64,000 nt of DNA from an uncultured Chloroflexia bacterium. Its GTDB lineage: Bacteria; Chloroflexota; Limnocylindria; Limnocylindrales; CSP1-4. Shown here in pieces: positions 51,668-57,953 of the stretch (position 1 is the first letter of the stretch; every line of letters begins with the position of its first letter). Below the pieces are notes generated by a model. That model saw only the letters and a list, made by a program, of their open reading frames with translations. It searched no databases and was not told the origin of the DNA. The position numbers and the translations under genes are program-made. The stretch is from the NCBI GenBank assembly GCA_963783135.1, contig CAWAMH010000002.1, positions 29,525 through 93,524 of the forward strand, written 5' to 3'.

Positions 51668-51997
51668 GTGAGCACCGACCTCATCCTGCTCGCCCTGCTC
51701 ATGGGTGCCGTGACATACCCGTCGCGCGCCCTGCCGCTCCTGGCGCCGGGCATCGAGCGGTTGCCGAAGCCGGCGCTCGACTATCTCCAGCTCGTCGGTC
51801 CGGCCGTGCTCGCCGCGTTGGCCGCGGTCGCGGTCATGGTCGTGACCACCGACGGGCAGCCCGCGTTCCACATCGGCATCGAGTGGGTCGCGGTGATCGC
51901 CTCGGTCCTGCTCATGTGGTGGCGCCGGAACCTGTTCCTCGGGCTGGCCGTCGGGGTGATCCTCGTGGCCGTCGCCCGGGCGCTCGGCTGGGGCTGA
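51668..51997 (+). CDS. azlD: AzlD family branched-chain amino acid transport protein
   Basis: 109 aa and hydrophobic: LILLALLMGAVTYPSRALPLL... It immediately follows azlC. Confidence 0.8.
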   Translation: MSTDLILLALLMGAVTYPSRALPLLAPGIERLPKPALDYLQLVGPAVLAALAAVAVMVVTTDGQPAFHIGIEWVAVIASVLLMWWRRNLFLGLAVGVILVAVARALGWG

Positions 51998-52024
51998 CAG
52001 CGCGGGCGCTCGGCTGGGGTTGAC
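51978..52024 (+). repeat. 21-nt direct repeat (20/21) duplicating the azlD stop region
   Basis: gggcgctcggctggggctgac (51978-51998) and gggcgctcggctggggttgac (52004-52024). Both copies encode ..ALGWG-stop. Confidence 0.85.
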
Positions 52025-52068
52025 GAGCCCCGGCTCGGTCGGACCGGGGTCGGGCTCGACGCGCCGTC

Positions 52069-52480
52069 CTAGCGGTGAGCGTCGACCTCGATCTCGACGA
52101 GGAACGATGGCTCGATGAGCCCGGCCACGATGACGAGCGCCGAGGCCGGCCGGATCGCGCCGAACCGCTCGCCGTGGACCGCGAGGACGGCCGGGGATCG
52201 CCGCCTCGGTCGTGACGTAGAGCCGCGTCCGGACGACGTCCGAGAGCGTGAAGCCCGCCTCGCCGAGCGCCCGCTCGATCGTGTCCAGCGCGGCCCGCGC
52301 CTGACCCGCCGGGTCGCCGGGATGGAGCGACCGCCCGTCGGGACCGGCATCCGTCGTCCCCGACACCCAGCACTGGTCGCCGATGACGACCGCGCGGCTG
52401 TAGCCCACGCTCGCCTCGTACGGACCGCCGCTCGTGATGAGGCGACGGGCGGCGTGGCCGGGAGCGGCGGGATCGTTCAT
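52069..52480 (-). CDS. ridA: RidA/YjgF family reactive-intermediate deaminase (one frame break)
   Basis: MNDPAAPGHAARRLITSGGPYEASVGYSRAVVIGDQCWVSGTT...RTRLYVTTEAA lies in the frame of ORF 51377..52777. PAVLAVHGERFGAIRPASALVIVAGLIEPSFLVEIEVDAHR lies in ORF 52069..52350. An extra base is inferred in GGGG at 52193-52196. The ATGA overlaps the M20 gene. Confidence 0.8.
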
Positions 52481-53727
52481 GCCCGATGCGGACGCCACGA
52501 GGCGACGAGCGGGTCGCGGGCGACGGCGAGGAGCAGCGCCGCGAGGAGGGTCGTCCGGGGCACGATCGAGTCGACCTCGAGGTACTCCGCCGGGGAGTGA
52601 TCGTTCCCGCCGATCGGTCCGAGCCCGTCGAGGGTCGGGATGCCGAGACCCGACGTCGTGTTGGCGTCCGATGCACCGCCGGTCGCGCAGTCGGCCAGCG
52701 GGAAGTCGAGCCGTCCGGCCAGGGCGACCGCGTGGTCGACGAGGCGCCCGGATCGCTCGAGCTTCTCCATCGGCCAATGCCGGCCGGCCTCCTCGACGGT
52801 GACGCTCGTGTCGGGCACCGTCGTCGCCGCGGCGATCGCCCGGAGCGCCGCCTCGGCGGATTCGAGATGCTCCCGGGTGGTGGCCCGGAGATCGACCTCG
52901 AGACCAGCCTCCTCGGCCACGACGTTCGGACGGGTCCCGCCGTGGATGACCCCGACGTTGGCCGTGACCCCCGGCCAGCGGCCGTTGAGCGCCTGGATCG
53001 CGATCGCCTGGTGGGCCGCCTCGAGGACGGCGCTGCGGCCCTTCTCGGGCTCGACGCCGGCGTGCGCAGCGCGGCCGTGGACGGTCAGCCGCAGGTCGAC
53101 GGTCCCCTTCCGGGCCGACACGATGTCACCGTTGGCGCGAGCGCACTCCAGCACGAAGCACGCGTCCGACTCGAGGGCGAGCTCACGGATGTGCGGCGTC
53201 GAGCTGGGCGAGCCGATCTCCTCGTCCGGGTTGGCGACGAAGACGAGTCGCTCGAACGGCAGGTCGACGACGGTGTCGTCGTCCTCGGTCCCGAGCGCGC
53301 GCAGCGCGAGGAGCGCGTAGAGCCCGGCCAGCAGCCCGGACTTCATGTCGGTGACGCCCGGGCCGTGCGCGACGCCGGCCTCGATGCGGAACGGACGGGT
53401 CCGGGCGGTCCCCTCCGGGAAGACCGTGTCGAGATGACCGATGAGCAGCACACGCGGCCCGCCCTGCCGTCCGTGGAACGTCCCGACGACGGTGTCGCCG
53501 AGGAGCTCGTCCGGTCGGATGTCGACCGACGCGCCGAGCCGCTCGAGGAACCGGGCGGTCCAGCGTCCGACGTGGTCGACGCCGGCTTTCGTGTAGCTCC
53601 CGCAGTCGACATTGACCAGCGTGGCGAGGTCCTCGAGGTAGGCCGGCAGCTCGTCCTCGAGGATCTCCTCGAGCTCCTCGAGCTCGTCTGGGCTGACCGC
53701 GGCACCCGGCGCGTGGAGCGATGGCAT
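52477..53727 (-). CDS. M20 family metallopeptidase (carboxypeptidase G2 / ArgE / DapE-like)
   Basis: LLIGHLDTV (metal His-Asp), GVTDMKSG, and NPDEEIGSP (catalytic/metal Glu-Glu equivalent). A dimerisation domain is present. 416 aa. Confidence 0.9.
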   Translation of the reverse strand: MPSLHAPGAAVSPDELEELEEILEDELPAYLEDLATLVNVDCGSYTKAGVDHVGRWTARFLERLGASVDIRPDELLGDTVVGTFHGRQGGPRVLLIGHLDTVFPEGTARTRPFRIEAGVAHGPGVTDMKSGLLAGLYALLALRALGTEDDDTVVDLPFERLVFVANPDEEIGSPSSTPHIRELALESDACFVLECARANGDIVSARKGTVDLRLTVHGRAAHAGVEPEKGRSAVLEAAHQAIAIQALNGRWPGVTANVGVIHGGTRPNVVAEEAGLEVDLRATTREHLESAEAALRAIAAATTVPDTSVTVEEAGRHWPMEKLERSGRLVDHAVALAGRLDFPLADCATGGASDANTTSGLGIPTLDGLGPIGGNDHSPAEYLEVDSIVPRTTLLAALLLAVARDPLVASWRPHRA

Positions 53728-53775
53728 CGGGCGAGTCTATCTGCGGCTCACCCACCGCGCTATCCTGCCCGGACC

Positions 53776-55539
53776 GTGCGCGTCATCGAGATCCGGCTGC
53801 TCGAGGGACCCTCCGTCTACCGGCTCGAGCCGGTGGTCAAGATCGAGCTCGCCATCGGGCGCCGTCGGACGTGGTACGGCCAGCGTCAGCCGGGTGAGCA
53901 TCTCCTCGTCCAGCTCGGCCGGGCGGTGCCGCAGCGCGAGTGGCCGGACGAGGTCGCGGCGCTCGCCGCATGGATCCGCCGCCTGCGGGTCGAGCACGGC
54001 AACGAGCGGGCGGGTCTGGCGGTCCATCGATCGTCGGACCCGGGGCATTGGATCGTGACCTACCCGTGGACCGGCGCCGAGCGCGCGCGCACGGTCGCGG
54101 ATGCGGCGCTGGCACTGACCGAGCGGAACGTCTCGCCGGCCCGGACCGCACGGCTGACGGGCAGCCAGGCCCGACACCTCGAGCGCTGGAAGGCGCGGAT
54201 CGACGACGCGAGCAGCACCCCACCGCCCTGGATCCGGGACGACGACCGACGGATCCCGATCGTGTCGATCAGCGGGACGAACGGCAAGAGCACGGTCACC
54301 CGGTTGATCAGCCACATCCTGATCCTCGCCGGCCGGCATGTCGGCACGACCACGTCGGACGGCGTCCTCGTCGACGAGCGGATGGTCGAGCCGGGTGACT
54401 GGACGGGTCCGGGCGGCGCCCATCGGATCCTGGCCCGCTCGGACGTCGACGTGGCCGTGCTCGAGACGGCTCGCGGCGGGATCGTCCTCCGCGGCGTCGG
54501 CTATGAGTCGAACGAGGCGAGCATCCTGACCAACGTGAGCTCGGACCACCTCGATCTTCAGGGGATCCACACCCTGCCCGAGCTGGCCGAGGTCAAGGCG
54601 ACGATCTGCCGGATCACCCGCCGCGACGGCTGGGTCGTGCTCAACGGGGACGATCCGCTCGTCGCCGCGGTCGCTCGTCGGGTCCGGGCCAGGGTCGCGC
54701 TGTTCTCGCTCGATGAGCGGGCCTCGGCGCCGGTCCGGGGCCAGATCGCTCGAGGTGGCCGGGCCTATGTCGTCCGACGTGGGACGCTCGTCGAGGTCGA
54801 TGGCGGTGTCTCGGCCGGGATCGTCCCGGTCGCGGAGATCCCGATCACGATCGGTGGGATCGCCCGGCACAACGTCGCGAACGCGCTCGCTGCCGCGGGT
54901 GGCGCCCGGGCGCTCGGCGCCACGCTCGACGAGGTCGCCGAGGGGCTGCGCGACTTCCGACCGACGGCGGACCGATCGCCGGGCCGGCTGAACCTGTTCC
55001 GGCTCGGCAGCCGGATCGTGATCGTCGACTTCGCCCACAACGAAGCCGGGATCGACGCGGTGATGGACGTGGCCGAGGGGATCGCCGGCGGCGCGGCCGG
55101 GCGGACGGCGCCGATCACCGTGATCATCGGCACCGCCGGCGACCGGCCCGACGACACGCTGCGCGGGATCGGGCGGATCGCCGCGCGGCGCGCCCAGCGG
55201 GTCGCGATCAAGGAGACCCAGGGCTACCTGCGCGGGCGGTCGCGCGAGGCCGTCGTGGGCGAGCTGCTGGCCGGCATCGAGGCTGGCGGTCGGTCGGCGG
55301 ACGAGGTCGCGGTCTATCCGTCCGAGACGGCGGCACTGCGGGCCGAGCTCAACGGCGCCGGCGCCAACGCCGAGGCGCGCGGCGCCCGTCCCGACGCCGC
55401 CCGAGTCATCGTCCTGATGTGTCACGAGGAGCGCGAGCAGGTCTTCGCCCTGCTCGACGAGCTCGGTGCGCGACCGATCGACGTGGCCACCGAGCTGACC
55501 GAGCTGCTGCCCCGCCTCCAGGAGCGCCCTCGGCGATAG
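53776..55539 (+). CDS. cyanophycin-synthetase-like protein lacking the ATP-grasp domain (CphA N-domain fused to Mur-ligase-like M domain)
   Basis: From the GTG inside ORF 52486..55539: VRVIEIRLLEGPSVYRLEPVVKIEL... parallels LRIVETRILRGPNYWAREPVVRLLV of the full CphA in this window. After about 150 aa it runs directly into IPIVSISGTNGKSTV (Mur-ligase P-loop). It is then colinear with the CphA M domain (...ETARGGIVLRG..., GRLNLFRLG...VIVDFAHNEAG, IIGTAGDRPDD). No ATP-grasp segment is present. Confidence 0.85.
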   Translation: MRVIEIRLLEGPSVYRLEPVVKIELAIGRRRTWYGQRQPGEHLLVQLGRAVPQREWPDEVAALAAWIRRLRVEHGNERAGLAVHRSSDPGHWIVTYPWTGAERARTVADAALALTERNVSPARTARLTGSQARHLERWKARIDDASSTPPPWIRDDDRRIPIVSISGTNGKSTVTRLISHILILAGRHVGTTTSDGVLVDERMVEPGDWTGPGGAHRILARSDVDVAVLETARGGIVLRGVGYESNEASILTNVSSDHLDLQGIHTLPELAEVKATICRITRRDGWVVLNGDDPLVAAVARRVRARVALFSLDERASAPVRGQIARGGRAYVVRRGTLVEVDGGVSAGIVPVAEIPITIGGIARHNVANALAAAGGARALGATLDEVAEGLRDFRPTADRSPGRLNLFRLGSRIVIVDFAHNEAGIDAVMDVAEGIAGGAAGRTAPITVIIGTAGDRPDDTLRGIGRIAARRAQRVAIKETQGYLRGRSREAVVGELLAGIEAGGRSADEVAVYPSETAALRAELNGAGANAEARGARPDAARVIVLMCHEEREQVFALLDELGARPIDVATELTELLPRLQERPRR

Positions 55540-55565
55540 GTTCGAGACCCGCCGAGGGTTTCTCC
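55527..55565 (+). terminator. candidate intrinsic terminator after the cphA-like gene
   Basis: Perfect 9-bp stem CCCTCGGCG (55527-35) / CGCCGAGGG (55550-58), followed by TTTCT. The stop codon TAG lies in the loop, which is long at 14 nt. Confidence 0.45.
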
Positions 55566-55619
55566 ATGATGCGAGTCGATGCATCGCCGAGGTCGCGCTC
55601 CACCCGGCTGGCCATCCCG

Positions 55620-55800
55620 GACGCGGGCCGGCGCGATGCGCCGAGCGGCATCACCGACGAGGCTCGACGTGGCCGATGCGTGCCGGCGCGTGCCGGCGCG
55701 ATGCACCGAGCGGCATCACGGACGAGGGTCGACGAGGCCGACGCGGGCCGCGGGCCGACGCGGGCCGCGTGCCGACGCGGGCCGCGGGCCGGCGCGGTCC
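55620..55800. repeat. GC-rich intergenic repeat cluster (about 47-nt imperfect direct repeat x2 plus about 15-nt tandem units x3)
   Basis: ggcgcgatgcGccgagcggcatcacCgacgaggCtcgacgTggccga (55629-55675) versus ggcgcgatgcAccgagcggcatcacGgacgaggGtcgacgAggccga (55695-55741). These are followed by gccgacgcgggccgcg(g/t) repeated three times (about 55737-55795). Confidence 0.8.
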
Positions 55801-55803
55801 CGG

Positions 55804-57697
55804 CTAGTCCTCGGCGAGGACGATCACCCGATCGGCCGGGCCGAAGGTGATCTCGGCGAGCTTCGGCGGATTGATCGCGACGCCGTAGGCCGCGCTGGCG
55901 TCGTTGGCCGCCGCCGTGAGTCGATAGCCGAACGCCACCTCGCCGCGCCGGCGGGCGGCTTCGATGACCGCCGCGAACGAAACGGCCTGGCCGAGCGCCA
56001 CGTAGTCGCCCGCCGGTTTGAGGTAGATCTCAGAGCCGTCCGGGTCGAGCAGGTCGCCGAAGACCGCGTTGAGATGCTTCGTCTCGGCGACCTGGGCGAT
56101 CATCAGGCTGATGAGCCGGTCGCTGACGATGAAGTCGTCGGCGCGCGCGACCTCGGCCAGCGCCCGATCGCGCAGGTCGAGCATCTCGCTCACGATCGAG
56201 AAGTCCTGGTCGAGCTTCGCGGCGATGTCGCGCAGATGGAGGAGCGTGACCAGCGTCCGCGCGTCGGCCCGCGCCGGATCGAGCAGGTCGGAGCACAGCA
56301 CGATGATGTGGTCGTAGCGCTCGACGCCGAGCGCGTCGAGCACGGCGCGGTCGCTGGGATCGCCCGACTCGAAGGTGGCCCGCTGGGCCTTCAGCCGGGT
56401 CTCGAGCCGTCCGACGTCAGCGGCGACGCCGGCCCCGGCCGCCACCACGTGCGTCTCGGAGCCGTCAGGCACATAGGCATCGAGCTCACGGAGGATGGCC
56501 GATGCCCGACGGTTCCAGCCAAGAACCAGCGTCCGCTCGGGGGTCGGCGTGCGCGGCAGTCCCGACCCGAAGGAGCGTCTCATCGACCGGGATCCCCGGG
56601 CCGCCCGACAGGTGGATCCGGTCGTCGTCGCCGGCGATGACGATGAGCCGATCACCGGACCCGACGACCGTCGCGGATGGCGGGTTCAGATGCGGGCTGC
56701 CACCGACCGGGAGCAGCCCGATGACCGTGGCGTCGGCGAACAGCCCGAGGCTCTCGCCGAACGTCTGGCCGACCAGGGCCGGCTGCTCGGTCAGATAGAT
56801 CTCGTCTCCGGCGAAGTCGAGCAGCTCCGCGTAGACGACCGACAGGCCCGACTGGCGACAGGTCTGGGCGGTGATCCGCGAGATCACCTCCTCGGACAGG
56901 ATGAGCTCGACCTCCGCCTGGCCGACCATCCGGGCGACGTCGACGTTGGCCCGGTCGCGGATCTCGGCCACGATGTGATACGGCTCTGGCCGGCGGTCCG
57001 GATGGTTTGTGATCGCCAGGATCGACTTGATCACGTCGGCGTCGGGCTCGTCTCCCTCCGGAGCGAGGACGACGATCGAGCGGGCCGTCGCCAGACTCGG
57101 GATCCGCAGGTCGTCGACGTCCATCGGGCTGCCGGAGCGGCAGACGATCTTCGTCCGGCCGGTCGACCCGACCCGGGTCCGGATCTCGTCCTCCATCTCG
57201 ACCTTGTCGCGATCGGCCAGGACGACGATCGAGCGCCGCGGCTGGTTCTCGTTCGCCGCCACGATCTCCGAGATCACGGTATGGATCTGCTGCGACCAGC
57301 CGAGGATGACCGTGTGCTCGCGCTCGATGACCCGCGAGCGGCCCTTGCGCAGGTCGGCCAGCTTGCCCTCGAGCCCGGTGTTCAGGATGCCGATCAGCGT
57401 GCTGATGATGAAGATCCCGCCGAGGGTCACCGCGAACATCCCGAACAGGAAGCCCGGCGTGCCCTGGTCGCCGCCCATCGTCCCGGGGTCGAGGGTCCGC
57501 AGGAGACCGAACCGGAGCAGCGTCGGGAAGTCGAGGTCCTGGTCGCGCGCCTCACCGACGAGCCAGAGCACGCCCGCGACGACGACGATCAGGGCGATCG
57601 AGATGACGAAGAGGCCCAGGATCAGCGCGATCGTGCCCCGGCCCATGAACTCGTCGAAGCGATAGCGCAGGCGATCGCGCCAGGTCACCCGATCCAC
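55804..57697 (-). CDS. CASTOR/POLLUX-type putative ion channel with tandem RCK/TrkA-like domains (one frame break)
   Basis: ORF 56486..57697 holds TM helices plus a pore-like segment (LRTLDPGTMGGD) and the first RCK domain (HTVILGWSQQIHTVISEIV...). ORF 55804..56655 holds the second (RTLVLGWNRRASAILRELD...HIIVL...). The frames join with one base removed near 56570-56600 (CCCCGGG run). Confidence 0.8.
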
Positions 57698-57803
57698 CGG
57701 CGGATGGTACCCGGCCGGGCTTGCATCGGGGGCGGCCGCCGCGCATCATCGGCGCAGCCCGGCCGATCCCCGACCGGCTCAGCCCGAGGAGCGCAGACGG
57801 ATC

Positions 57804-57896
57804 ATGGAGATGGCCATCGGGGTGCTGCTGATCCTCATCTCGCTCGTGGAGATCGTCGGGATCATCCGGATCGTCGGGAACAACGCCCGGGCCTGA
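57804..57896 (+). CDS. candidate 30-aa hydrophobic micropeptide
   Basis: Not in the ORF track because it is under 60 aa. ATG...TGA encodes MEMAIGVLLILISLVEIVGIIRIVGNNARA. Every third codon position is G/C. AGGAG lies 11 nt upstream. It sits in the 256-bp gap between cphA and the channel gene, on the opposite strand. Confidence 0.3.
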   Translation: MEMAIGVLLILISLVEIVGIIRIVGNNARA

Positions 57897-57953
57897 TCGC
57901 CGCGCTCGCGGCACTGGCCGGAGCCGTCGTCGCCGAGCGACGGGCGGTCCGGC

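Noticed and set aside
52486-53775. The N-terminal 430 aa of the 1017-aa ORF 52486..55539.
   Set aside because: This part is antisense to the well-supported M20 peptidase and is Arg/Asp/Gly-rich. Recognisable CphA-like sequence begins only at GTG 53776.
55620-55800. A CRISPR array.
   Set aside because: Only 2-3 degenerate copies are present, without regular repeat-spacer periodicity. No cas genes are in the window.
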